DNA from: a virus
Taxonomy: Duplodnaviria > Heunggongvirae > Uroviricota > Caudoviricetes
Length of the DNA stretch: 64,000 nt
Reading direction: 5' to 3' (one strand)
IMG/VR virus record: IMGVR_UViG_3300044796_000394
Part shown: positions 18,181-27,026 of the stretch, piece after piece
Position numbering within the stretch: position 1 is the first letter of the stretch
How the letters are laid out: each line of letters begins with the position of its first letter
Notes under the pieces: generated by a model
The model's input: only the letters and a program-made list of their open reading frames with translations
Databases searched by the model: none
What the model was told of the DNA's origin: nothing
Translations under genes and position numbers: made by a program

Positions 18181-20283
18181 TCAGTCGCCGGTATCGCCAC
18201 GGGCGAAGATGCTCGCCACGTAGTTCAGAACGTCGGTGGCACTGTTCTCGTTGTATCCGAAGTTGCGGATCATACGAGTCTTCACAGCGTCGATCTTCTC
18301 TTGAAGGTCTTTGTCGCCGACAGTCGCACCCTTGGACAGAGCCGAGAGCTTGATGGTGTCTTTGGTGTCCTCAAAGAGCTTCTTCTCCAAAGCCTTGGCC
18401 AGCTTGGGATTCGAGTCCCACTTAACTTCCTTGCCACGCAAGTGAGCGGTACCGATGAAGGTAGCGATCTGGCGGCGGAAGTCATCGGCGTATTGCTCAC
18501 CGATTTCGGCCTTCTCTTCGATGCTCCGCATCAAACGTTCGTCCGGTTCTTCTTCCTTGCCGGTGAACGGATTGGTGATCTTCGTCTTCTCAACGTGGGC
18601 GACCACGTTGTCGATGTAGTTGGTGTACAACCGGACGATTGCGTTCTCGTCGCTCACCAGAGCCTTCTGCACTTCGTTCTTCAGGATGTCGTCCAGTTCC
18701 TTCTTGACGAGCTCCACGCAGTTGTCGTACCAGCTCTTGTCGTTCTCGTCCACGATGAGGGCGAAGTTGCCCAAACCGGCCTTGATTTCGTTCAAGACCA
18801 TGAACATGTTAACATAGCCGGGGTTGTCCACCAAGGCGTTGCTAATCTTGTTCTGGACGTATCGAGCCGACACGCCACGAGCCATACCTTCGTTCGGGTA
18901 CTTGTCCCGAAGTTCCTTCACACGGTCTTCCGTCCAGTTGGGCAAGCTGCGTCCGTCGTACAGCTTCGCCTTGTCCACAGGGCTGACGGAGTCCTTACCG
19001 TCTTGGAGCCGAGTGAGGATCGCCCACAGAGCGGCGATTTCAAGGGTGTGAGGGGCGATGTGGATGTGTTTAACACGATCCTTGCCGTAGTCTTGTTCCA
19101 AGACCTTGATTTCATCGCTCCACTTGAGCAGGTAAGGCACGTCGACCCGCACGGTGCGGTCTCGGAGAGCTTCCATCGTAACGTCTTGCTGGAGCTTGAC
19201 GAATTCGGGGTTGTTGGTGTGGCCGATGATGACCATGTCAACATCGATCTGAGGGAATTTCTTCGGTTTGAACTGGCGTTCTTGGCAGACGCCGAGCAAG
19301 TCGTACAGGAATTCCTTTTCCAGTTTGAGGACTTCGATGAATTCGATGAAGCCACGGTTGGCAACTTCAAACTCACCGTCGAACCCGAAGGCACGAGGGT
19401 CGCTGTCCACACCGTAGTGAGCCAGCTTGGTGTAGTTAATGTCACCGGTGAGTTCGGTGGCGTCTTGGTTCTTCGGATCTTTCGGTTGGAAGGTACCGAT
19501 ACCGATACGCTTCGATTCGCTCAGCACGATGCGGCTGACCCGAATGTGGTTCTCGACCACTTTGCCCCAATCGCCTTGATAGCGAGCGAGCAGTTTGTCC
19601 ATGAAGAACTGGCAGATCGGGTTAAGTTCGCCGCCGAGTTTGATGCGGTGCAGGTTGCCCTTTTCCGCTTCGGGGGTGATCTCTTCGTTGATGATGTTGA
19701 GCTTCTCTTCGATATCCTTGCGTTGAGCCAAGGCGATCAGCTTGAGAGGGTCGTCGTTCATCGGGCACTTAACTTCATCTTTGATGTCGAGTGCTTCGTG
19801 GATGGTCACGCCGTCGTTATCTTTCACGGCGCCGAGGTTCGTCCACGTATAGGTGTAAATCGCACCTTCGTCGGTTTGGCTGAAGCGTTCCAAGCCACGC
19901 TTCAACAGACGGCAGATCGTGGATTTGCTGCTACCCACAGGGCCGTGCAGCAAGAGAATCCGCTTTTCGGTGCCGTACCAGTCAGCGGCACCCTTAATGT
20001 GCTTGACCAAGCTGCCGAGGGTGTCTTCCAACCCGTGGATCGGAATTTCGACGTCGTTGAAGAATTTGTACTTGGTGACCTTCTTGCGGTATTTAACCGA
20101 CTCGTAGGTGCCGGGGGCAATCACCATGTTGTACAGCCGTTGGTAGGCGCTGTAGGCCAGTTTCGGTTGAGCGAAAACGGCGTCCAAGTACTCAGTGAAC
20201 GTCATGGTTTTGTTCAGCTTGTTGTACTTTGCACGGTCGAACTTCGCAGCCAGTTCCTCGAAACGGCGGGTCTTTGCAGTCAT
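18181..20283 (-). CDS. prkA: PrkA/YeaG AAA+ ATPase (annotated serine protein kinase)
   Basis: Motifs RILLLHGPVGSSKST (Walker A), GIGTFQPKDPKNQDATELTG, SDPRAF.FDGE..VANRG..EFIEVLK, IGHTNNPE and EALRDR. Start at ATG 20283 with a GGAG SD. Confidence 0.95.
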   Translation of the reverse strand: MTAKTRRFEELAAKFDRAKYNKLNKTMTFTEYLDAVFAQPKLAYSAYQRLYNMVIAPGTYESVKYRKKVTKYKFFNDVEIPIHGLEDTLGSLVKHIKGAADWYGTEKRILLLHGPVGSSKSTICRLLKRGLERFSQTDEGAIYTYTWTNLGAVKDNDGVTIHEALDIKDEVKCPMNDDPLKLIALAQRKDIEEKLNIINEEITPEAEKGNLHRIKLGGELNPICQFFMDKLLARYQGDWGKVVENHIRVSRIVLSESKRIGIGTFQPKDPKNQDATELTGDINYTKLAHYGVDSDPRAFGFDGEFEVANRGFIEFIEVLKLEKEFLYDLLGVCQERQFKPKKFPQIDVDMVIIGHTNNPEFVKLQQDVTMEALRDRTVRVDVPYLLKWSDEIKVLEQDYGKDRVKHIHIAPHTLEIAALWAILTRLQDGKDSVSPVDKAKLYDGRSLPNWTEDRVKELRDKYPNEGMARGVSARYVQNKISNALVDNPGYVNMFMVLNEIKAGLGNFALIVDENDKSWYDNCVELVKKELDDILKNEVQKALVSDENAIVRLYTNYIDNVVAHVEKTKITNPFTGKEEEPDERLMRSIEEKAEIGEQYADDFRRQIATFIGTAHLRGKEVKWDSNPKLAKALEKKLFEDTKDTIKLSALSKGATVGDKDLQEKIDAVKTRMIRNFGYNENSATDVLNYVASIFARGDTGD

Positions 20284-20511
20284 GCTCGCTCCATAATAGA
20301 TGGGTGCCGTTTGAGGCACAAGAAATGCCGAAACTTAGATTTCGGACGAATTGATAATGTGATGAAGAGACTTTGATAACCGACGTATTATTTAACCAAG
20401 CAAATTATTTATCAACGATAATTACTCAACCAACTGTCAACAAAAGTCATAAAGAAGATGATGTAAATTGTAACAAGAACCAAACCTTCAATCCATGCGA
20501 ATAAATCTTCT

Positions 20512-20751
20512 TTATGCTGCTTTTTCATTTCGTGAACTTGTCTCATCCTTTGTTGATTTTTTAACTTCCTCTACAAGCTCATCAAGAGTCATATGCTCTG
20601 TGCGGGAATAATAACTACCATCAATACCTGCTGCCATTCCAGCCCGAAAGATGACTCTACCTTCGCTGTCTATTTCTATTTTGGTTCTGTCGCTTTCATC
20701 CCGTTTCAGATTTGCGAGTAAAGCAACCAAGTGTTCAAGTTCCTGTTTCAT
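20512..20751 (-). CDS. hypothetical protein
   Basis: 79-aa ORF. Confidence 0.55.
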   Translation of the reverse strand: MKQELEHLVALLANLKRDESDRTKIEIDSEGRVIFRAGMAAGIDGSYYSRTEHMTLDELVEEVKKSTKDETSSRNEKAA

Positions 20752-20825
20752 ATTCGTCTCAGCGGTGTTGTGAGATCATCATACCACAAGAATTTTCAGT
20801 TTCTATCTTTTCCGATTTCAAGAAA

Positions 20826-21161
20826 TTAACCCTGTTGAGTAAAGGGATCAATATCTGCGATCTTGCCTTCGTATTTGCTAATGTCGTCAATAGCGTTGTA
20901 TTCGTGCTTATGCGTATTGTTTGCCTCTGCTACTCGCCGTAACGTTTTAGAATTTTCGTAATTCGTTTTAGCAACGTAGTCAAAGTCGTCTTCTTTTGAC
21001 GTTCCTCTCGGATCGGCAAAGATAACAGCACTTGGTCGAGTATTCAATCGTTCTGGTTTTTTAGAACACTTGGAACACTTAATTTTGTCAACTGCTTCCC
21101 AACGACAAATTTCTTCAAAATTGATAGAACAGGCTTTGCAATGAAAACAATAAATAGGCAT
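20826..21161 (-). CDS. FmdB-family zinc-ribbon protein
   Basis: MPIY.F.CKAC...FE...KCSKC signature and an AGGAG SD. Confidence 0.8.
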   Translation of the reverse strand: MPIYCFHCKACSINFEEICRWEAVDKIKCSKCSKKPERLNTRPSAVIFADPRGTSKEDDFDYVAKTNYENSKTLRRVAEANNTHKHEYNAIDDISKYEGKIADIDPFTQQG

Positions 21162-21203
21162 AGAATATCTCCTGACCTTAATTAGTGAGGAGATACTAAA
21201 ATC

Positions 21204-21728
21204 TTACAGTTTCGGAAGTTTGTCGGTATCCACTTTGGATGCGCTTTGGAATAGAACAGTACCAGCACTCAACTTGTCACGAGCTTCCATGAGGGCAGTA
21301 AACGCTTCCTTCGACTTATCGTGAATAGGAATCGCATACTTTTCAAGAGTTCGCAGAAGTTCGCCATAAATCATGTGCAGAGCCGCCGCACAATAGCGAT
21401 CTTCTTCTTTGATCACTGTTCTCGTTAACTTTTTACTTTCTTGATCAGTATTATCCATCTTGACTGCCAAGCCGTAATAGAAAACACCATCTTCTTTGCC
21501 GGGCTTGCGTATCAATTCAGGACAACGATCCATCCACTTTGCCAACTCTACACTGTCTACGCCCAACTTGGAAGCTAAAGAATTGGGAGTCCGCATGTTC
21601 CGGCCAGACTTTAACTCTTTGGCGAATTCTTCAATGAATTCTTTGGAGCCAATAGTACTTACAGAAGGGGACGAGGTCGTGCGTACGATGACTTCTTCGG
21701 TCGGAATTTCTCGTATATCCTGCGACAT
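21204..21728 (-). CDS. hypothetical protein, possible N-terminal winged helix
   Basis: RTPNSLASKLGVDSVELAKWM...FYYGL resembles an HTH followed by a wing. Confidence 0.5.
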   Translation of the reverse strand: MSQDIREIPTEEVIVRTTSSPSVSTIGSKEFIEEFAKELKSGRNMRTPNSLASKLGVDSVELAKWMDRCPELIRKPGKEDGVFYYGLAVKMDNTDQESKKLTRTVIKEEDRYCAAALHMIYGELLRTLEKYAIPIHDKSKEAFTALMEARDKLSAGTVLFQSASKVDTDKLPKL

Positions 21729-21769
21729 TTCTAACTTCCTTGGATGAGTATTAACTATAACCCATAAAA

Positions 21770-22270
21770 TTAGGAAATCAACTCATATTCAATTACAACA
21801 AAATCTTTATGGGCTTTTCGAGAAGTTTCACGGAAATTTTTAGGAACGAAAAAGAACTTGTTGCCGTCATGTTTGCCCTGAACCTGAGATAAGATTATCT
21901 TATTAACCGCTCCGGTTTCCAAGGCCAATTGATAAATCTCAGCACCACCAATAATGAAAATATCCTTACCTTCATTTTTCACAGCATCTTCCAATGCTTC
22001 AATCATATTTTTACAAAATATTGGCCCGCAAAGACCCTCTTCGATTGTTTTATGAGGATCGGCTCGAAGATTTTGACGACTGATTATGTAATTAACCCGC
22101 TTCATCAACGGTCTTTTTGGCAAAGTATCCCATGTCTTACGACCCATGATGACAGAATGTCCCATCGTAGTTGCTTTGAAGAATGCTAAATCTTCAGGCA
22201 AATACCAAGGAATCTTTTTGCCATCTCCGATAACCCCATTTTCATCTGCTGCGACGATGATCGTTGGCAT
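21770..22270 (-). CDS. folA: Dihydrofolate reductase
   Basis: Motifs IVAADENGVIG...IPWYLPEDLAFFK, IMGRKTW, RVNYIISR and FIIGGAEIY. Confidence 0.95.
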   Translation of the reverse strand: MPTIIVAADENGVIGDGKKIPWYLPEDLAFFKATTMGHSVIMGRKTWDTLPKRPLMKRVNYIISRQNLRADPHKTIEEGLCGPIFCKNMIEALEDAVKNEGKDIFIIGGAEIYQLALETGAVNKIILSQVQGKHDGNKFFFVPKNFRETSRKAHKDFVVIEYELIS

Positions 22271-22545
22271 AACCTATAACCCCTACGATAATTACTGAAA
22301 TGATGACATATGTAAAATAACATAGCCACCAGAGAATATCCAGAGAGGCTATTAAATCAACTTTTTCACTATCGTGTTTATTGTCCATTTGTTATTTTCA
22401 TTTGCAATATGGTTTTCTAAAACATAAGTTTGCGATTTGTACGTAATAACAATAAACTTCCAATAGGACTTACCCGAAGGCGTCACACCTTTATCACCAC
22501 CATAAATTTGTCCAAAGGCAAACAAATCATCGCTATTTGGTAACA

Positions 22546-22839
22546 TTAACGATAACCTTTTTCTTGCCACATACGATAAATGATATCAACTTCTTGAGGA
22601 GTGTAATAAACGCCCTCTACCGCATTTCTGGCAATTTTTATTTGTTCTTTGCGAGTCAATTTATGACGACCCGGATAAAGTCTGTCTGGACAGATATTTG
22701 TATCCATCAAACCGCCATTGATATACTCAACAGTCACACCCCAAGGCGTAATAACGACACGTTTGTTTCGTTTTTTATTGTAAACTAAATAGCAATAAGG
22801 ATAACTCATACTGTAACCGGCATTCTGATTGGAGGACAC
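22546..22839 (-). CDS. hypothetical protein
   Basis: ORF between thyA and folA. The true start is probably near 22809. Confidence 0.5.
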   Translation of the reverse strand: MSSNQNAGYSMSYPYCYLVYNKKRNKRVVITPWGVTVEYINGGLMDTNICPDRLYPGRHKLTRKEQIKIARNAVEGVYYTPQEVDIIYRMWQEKGYR

Positions 22840-23738
22840 GGATCATATCCGATAATGTTAAAATCTTCCATTTTATAATCAAAAATAGAATTCGCTTTCT
22901 TGATTTCTATCTTCGGAGAAAGTCTTTCTTCCCTGCTCAAATACTCCTTAACATCATCAAGTTGGTTAACGTATATATGAGCATCTTCGGTATGATGTAC
23001 AAAACGATATGGTTTATATCCAGTTTGTTGAGCCAACATGATACAGAGGGCACTATAAAACTGAATGTTAGCCGGTACACCAACAGGGAAATCACAACTT
23101 CTCTGATTTAATAATAGCGACATTCTTCCATCATTATCAATCGAAACGTGAAAACAATAATGACATGGTGGCAACCGCATAATCGGCAAATCCACCGGAT
23201 TCCACAAACTCACAATTAATCTACGAGAATCTGGATTGGCTTTGATTTCGTTAACTAACCAACTGATTTGATCTACGCCACCCGGCTCATATTTTTCAAT
23301 CCCAACCATATCCGCATACGAACCATCGGATCGCTCTCTGAATATGGCTTGGTCAGCACCGTGGCCGTACTTACCGCCGAAGTGCCTCATCTGGAAGCCG
23401 TAAACCGGCCCAAGATAACCTTCCGCAAATCCAGTACGTTCATAAAATGCTTTATTATCAGGATGTGCTTCGGAATCAGCCCAAGGTGTCCAGAAATTAC
23501 AACCTAATTTTTTCAGGTCTTCGTTACTTGTAGAGCCAGAAAGCATCCACAATAATTCAGCGAACACTGCTCTTGGAAACAATTTTCGCTTAGTAACAAG
23601 AGGAAAATGTTCGCTAATATCATAAGTTGAAGTGAGAGAAAAAACAGTTAAGCAATCAACGCCCGTCCTGTTTTTTCTAAGTTCACCGTTTTCAAGAATG
23701 TATCTTAACGAATCGTCGTATGGCTTCAGTATGTACAA
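22806..23738 (-). CDS. thyA: Thymidylate synthase
   Basis: Motifs NRTG, FPLVTKRK, ELLWMLSG, LGPVYGFQ.R, SRR.IVS.WN, LPPCH, QRSCD..GVPAN (dUMP-specifying Asn) and DAHIY. Confidence 0.96.
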   Translation of the reverse strand: MYILKPYDDSLRYILENGELRKNRTGVDCLTVFSLTSTYDISEHFPLVTKRKLFPRAVFAELLWMLSGSTSNEDLKKLGCNFWTPWADSEAHPDNKAFYERTGFAEGYLGPVYGFQMRHFGGKYGHGADQAIFRERSDGSYADMVGIEKYEPGGVDQISWLVNEIKANPDSRRLIVSLWNPVDLPIMRLPPCHYCFHVSIDNDGRMSLLLNQRSCDFPVGVPANIQFYSALCIMLAQQTGYKPYRFVHHTEDAHIYVNQLDDVKEYLSREERLSPKIEIKKANSIFDYKMEDFNIIGYDPCPPIRMPVTV

Positions 23739-23750
23739 TCAAATCTCGCA

Positions 23751-24065
23751 TTAACGTGAATAATCAAATGGATGTGCTGCTTTAGTATCCGGTCTATGAT
23801 TGCCGTAATCAGCATTCATTCGCATCATGCGGTACTTGCCAGCAGGCGATGCAAGTAATTCTTGGTACTCAGCATAGGCGGCTTGTTGATCGCCTTGATG
23901 CTTAACTACTAAGCTTGTCCAATATTTAAAGTATTGAGGATCAATTGGGCCGGGGGTTGTTGGCTTTTGAGCCGCCATTGGTGCTTGTGGTTTTGGAGTT
24001 AAGCCCAAAAAGCTACCTAAACCTTCATTGGTTTTTTGTTCTAGGAATTGGTGAAAATCTCTCAT
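23751..24065 (-). CDS. small probable virion/internal protein
   Basis: Starts MRDFHQFLEQ. It is preceded by TACATA-N5-ATG. Confidence 0.55.
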   Translation of the reverse strand: MRDFHQFLEQKTNEGLGSFLGLTPKPQAPMAAQKPTTPGPIDPQYFKYWTSLVVKHQGDQQAAYAEYQELLASPAGKYRMMRMNADYGNHRPDTKAAHPFDYSR

Positions 24066-24076
24066 GCAGATATGTA

Positions 24077-24103
24077 TGCCACGGCGGAAAAATCCGCCGT
24101 GGC
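24077..24103. terminator. GC-rich hairpin between genes
   Basis: 12-bp perfect inverted repeat TGCCACGGCGGA/TCCGCCGTGGCA with no clear U-tract. Confidence 0.55.
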
Positions 24104-24113
24104 ACATTAACTT

Positions 24114-24896
24114 TTACAGCATAGTTTTGAACTTTTTGAGAACAGTCATGCTGGCATCATTGGTTCGCCAATCGTACTCTGGGTGCCATTGAGTTGAGAT
24201 CCACTTATCACCTGTCATCAACTCAATCACGAATTTGCAGTCTTGGTGTCCCACGAATGAGAAACCGTAAACTTTAACGCCCTTCGATCCATCGTAATCG
24301 GACTTGCTTTTCGTACCGTAGTACATCAACCCTTGGTGGTGGAACGAATTCACCCACAGGGTTTCATTGGGGGTGATCTTCATGTGTGCATTGATCAAAG
24401 CTCGTTCAGCCGATTGAGCATAATCGAAGTTTGCCATGAAGTCTTCGGGATTGACGAGCGTGACGCTGTGGGTCGGTTCCCAAACCTTAACGTCAATTTG
24501 GCCGCTTGGCTGATGGCACACAGCGCCGCCCGTCAAGTCGGTGACGAGCTTCATCCCTTTACTGACGCCGATCATTTGATGACCACGACAAATGCCGAAG
24601 AGAGGTTTGCCCATCTCGTACACGTTGTTCAAAATGGCAAGCTCACGTAAATCACGCTTGTAATCAAAGCGTGTTAAGTTGCTGCCGTTCGTGATAGATT
24701 CGCCGTAAATGGTTGGGTGAATATCAACACCACCACACAAGATGACAGCGTGACACTTCTTGACCCATTTTTTGATGGTATCAGGATCGTTCATATACAG
24801 CATCAGGGGTTCGCCGCCGAGCATATTCTCGACCATATCGATACAGTCGGGCGTAAACTGACTCGGTCCAGTGAGTCCGATGATTGGCTTGGCCAT
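24114..24896 (-). CDS. Class I glutamine-amidotransferase-like gamma-glutamyl hydrolase (peptidase C26/PuuD-like)
   Basis: Motifs KPIIGLT, GGVDIHP..YG, RD..E, GICRGHQ, VNSFHHQ and QWHPE. Confidence 0.9.
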   Translation of the reverse strand: MAKPIIGLTGPSQFTPDCIDMVENMLGGEPLMLYMNDPDTIKKWVKKCHAVILCGGVDIHPTIYGESITNGSNLTRFDYKRDLRELAILNNVYEMGKPLFGICRGHQMIGVSKGMKLVTDLTGGAVCHQPSGQIDVKVWEPTHSVTLVNPEDFMANFDYAQSAERALINAHMKITPNETLWVNSFHHQGLMYYGTKSKSDYDGSKGVKVYGFSFVGHQDCKFVIELMTGDKWISTQWHPEYDWRTNDASMTVLKKFKTML

Positions 24897-24935
24897 TACC
24901 TTGTCCTAAAAAAGAGTAAAGCGGTTAGTGGTATA

Positions 24936-25328
24936 TTAACCCACGCTGTCGGTGGTTTCTAGTTTAGTTTCTGAAGGGAATGGAATAGTTTTTTCGCAAC
25001 CCTTCACCTTGAAAACCGGGGGCTTTGGTTCGTCTTTCTTTAACACTTCCACGGCCAAAGGATGCAACTTGGCCAAATCTTGAAGAAACTCCAATGTGAA
25101 CTTGGCCTGATCTTCATCTACCCGTGGCCCCCAAGTACTCACCATCAATTTCAAAAGCCCAGTATCCTGCCAACCAGCGACTTTAGCCGCCTGATAAGCA
25201 GCAGCCTTGGCCTGTGCAGAAGTACCAGCCCATGTTTTAGAACCCATGTCCATCCAATCTTCAATGTTGAGCTTAATGCCCTGACGTTGGATGTCGCCAT
25301 TTAGGCTTACAATAACAGGATTACTCAT
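24936..25328 (-). CDS. hypothetical protein
   Basis: 130-aa ORF with a GAGGT SD. Confidence 0.6.
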   Translation of the reverse strand: MSNPVIVSLNGDIQRQGIKLNIEDWMDMGSKTWAGTSAQAKAAAYQAAKVAGWQDTGLLKLMVSTWGPRVDEDQAKFTLEFLQDLAKLHPLAVEVLKKDEPKPPVFKVKGCEKTIPFPSETKLETTDSVG

Positions 25329-25335
25329 AAATACC

Positions 25336-25602
25336 TCAAAGTTGACCGTTGGAAATATCTGTTAATTGAATCTTGTAACGGGTTTTTGTTGGCTTGTAAT
25401 TAGATCGTTGAACTTTTTCTTGTCTGACTTCTACCATTCTACCACCAAAGAAATCCAATTTCACCTTCGGTGGCAGACAAGTATTACAAACAAACATCTT
25501 ATCATCATTGTATCTGTACGATCCATATTTTAACTGTACCGCATGGTTACAGAAGGCACATCGGGGAGTTTTGGCGATTATTGCTTGAACATTACTTTTC
25601 AT
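25336..25602 (-). CDS. hypothetical zinc-binding protein
   Basis: Cys pairs CAFC...CNTC. The start is uncertain. Confidence 0.45.
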   Translation of the reverse strand: MKSNVQAIIAKTPRCAFCNHAVQLKYGSYRYNDDKMFVCNTCLPPKVKLDFFGGRMVEVRQEKVQRSNYKPTKTRYKIQLTDISNGQL

Positions 25603-25624
25603 GATGTTTACTAAGTTAACTCCC

Positions 25625-26125
25625 ATGAAGTCTATTATTATTACAACACAATCGTCGCTCCACCATCAATGGTTAGCGTTTTCGTCTTGGTACTCTATCC
25701 ATCGCAATGCACCACACATTAAAGTTGGTGTTATCTTCCCAAGAACAGTCAATACCTTTCACTTCAATTGGCTTAGAAAATGCGACATTCCTTTTATCGC
25801 CTATTCCAAAGATCATAATCTGGCAGAAACAGGGAATCAATTGGAATTGATGAAATGCACCATGATTCCTGATTATGTCATGATGATCCGCTCCGATGAT
25901 AGCAACCTCGATCAATGGTCGCCGGTTACAAGCAAAGAACCAGCAAATCTAGTCGACATCAGACAATTCGGCAAATTCAGTTTTGATCAGTGGATATTAA
26001 CTGAAAAAAGCCATCCCTTTAACAAGACAGCTCAATTGATCGGAAAAGAAAGAACAGTGAATGAACAAAAAGTAATTAAGTTATGGCGACAAATGGCCGA
26101 TGCCTACGATTTCCTTAACCGCTAA
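25625..26125 (+). CDS. hypothetical protein, weak glycosyltransferase-A-like N-terminus
   Basis: IIITT...WLAFSSWYSIHRNAP..KV.V suggests a beta-alpha-beta arrangement. Confidence 0.45.
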   Translation: MKSIIITTQSSLHHQWLAFSSWYSIHRNAPHIKVGVIFPRTVNTFHFNWLRKCDIPFIAYSKDHNLAETGNQLELMKCTMIPDYVMMIRSDDSNLDQWSPVTSKEPANLVDIRQFGKFSFDQWILTEKSHPFNKTAQLIGKERTVNEQKVIKLWRQMADAYDFLNR

Positions 26126-26453
26126 CGCCCGTAGGAACCATTTCTTTTTTCTTGCCAGCCTTTTGATCTTCATCATGATCGTCTTTAACAAGATCCAAAC
26201 ACTTGCGAATACGAGCAGGCCAACGGGTAATCTTGTCTCTTGGTACACCTAGCAACTTTTCGGCCTCATCCAAGTTCTGCCCAAAGACGGCCATGAAGTC
26301 ATCCCAAAACGTTTTTCCATCAGTACGATCCGAGCGAATCTCTAAGCCACGACGTACCAACTCCTCACCACCAGATGTGTCACCTTGTGGATACCAAAAA
26401 TCTTGCCCAACTTTTTTCTGACTGTCTTCAAATAAACGGTAAAATGAGCTCAT
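26115..26453 (-). CDS. hypothetical protein
   Basis: Starts MSSFYRLFED. It is preceded by TACATA-N5-ATG. Confidence 0.6.
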   Translation of the reverse strand: MSSFYRLFEDSQKKVGQDFWYPQGDTSGGEELVRRGLEIRSDRTDGKTFWDDFMAVFGQNLDEAEKLLGVPRDKITRWPARIRKCLDLVKDDHDEDQKAGKKKEMVPTGVSG

Positions 26454-26510
26454 GTAGGTATGTAGCCCCCGTTAAATGAAAACAGGCACTCGCAGTGCCC
26501 GTTTTTTTAC

Positions 26511-26759
26511 TTATGCAGTTCCGCTAACGTAATCCAAGAATTTGAAATCACCGCTGGTGAAGTTGTTCAAAAGATACAAAGCTTGTCTACCGGAAATCGT
26601 AAGTTGATCCCCGTGCTTCAAATTGTGATTGTCCCGAAGGAAATCAGGGAACCAAGCAGAGCGAGTGAGTGCGAAATTCGCACCCTCTGTGCGATTGTAC
26701 GGCTGACGATCTTGCAAACTGTGAACAGTCGTAAGATTAACAGTAAAAATCATTGGCAT
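26511..26759 (-). CDS. small hypothetical (probably late) protein
   Basis: ATG 26759 with an AAGGAGG SD and CATAAATA upstream. A hairpin at about 26479-26505 lies downstream. Confidence 0.6.
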   Translation of the reverse strand: MPMIFTVNLTTVHSLQDRQPYNRTEGANFALTRSAWFPDFLRDNHNLKHGDQLTISGRQALYLLNNFTSGDFKFLDYVSGTA

Positions 26760-26837
26760 ATTAATACCCTCCTTGTAATATTTATGCTTCACCGAAAAAG
26801 TCTATTATTTAAGGAGCTTCATATGGATATGTAAGAC

Positions 26838-27026
26838 ATGCCAAACGATAAAGAAAAAGAAATTGAAGGATTGAGTTCACTTAAAGTTTTCTTCGATCAA
26901 TTCGGCGAAAATGACATCTATAAACAAATTTTTCTAGAGGAATTATTCAAGTTCCTCTACAAAGAAGTTGTCGGCAAACCTATGCAAGACTTTACTTCTT
27001 GCGACGACGGCGAACCTTGTCCTTAA
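26838..27026 (+). CDS. small hypothetical protein
   Basis: 62-aa acidic ORF. Confidence 0.4.
   Translation: MPNDKEKEIEGLSSLKVFFDQFGENDIYKQIFLEELFKFLYKEVVGKPMQDFTSCDDGEPCP

Noticed and set aside
20316-20331. sigma54-type GG-N10-GC element upstream of prkA (minus strand CGGCATTTCTTGTGC)
   Set aside because: The spacing fits, but the match to TGGCAC-N5-TTGC is partial and it overlaps leader hairpins, so it is too weak to call.
15026-20376. Long plus-strand ORFs (471, 448 and 691 aa) as real overlapping genes
   Set aside because: They are codon-register mirrors of spoVR, yeaH and prkA, have no recognisable motifs, and are explained by avoidance of TTA/CTA/TCA on the sense strand.
17960-20510. 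tRNA or other structured ncRNA in the larger intergenic gaps
   Set aside because: No cloverleaf, T-loop GTTCGA context or known riboswitch was recognisable by eye. A covariance-model search would be needed to exclude novel RNAs.
26812-26840. SD plus mini-ORF ATG GAT ATG TAA in frame with the gene at 26838, suggesting readthrough
   Set aside because: This is a single short instance that could be chance or simple translational coupling, with no supporting homology.
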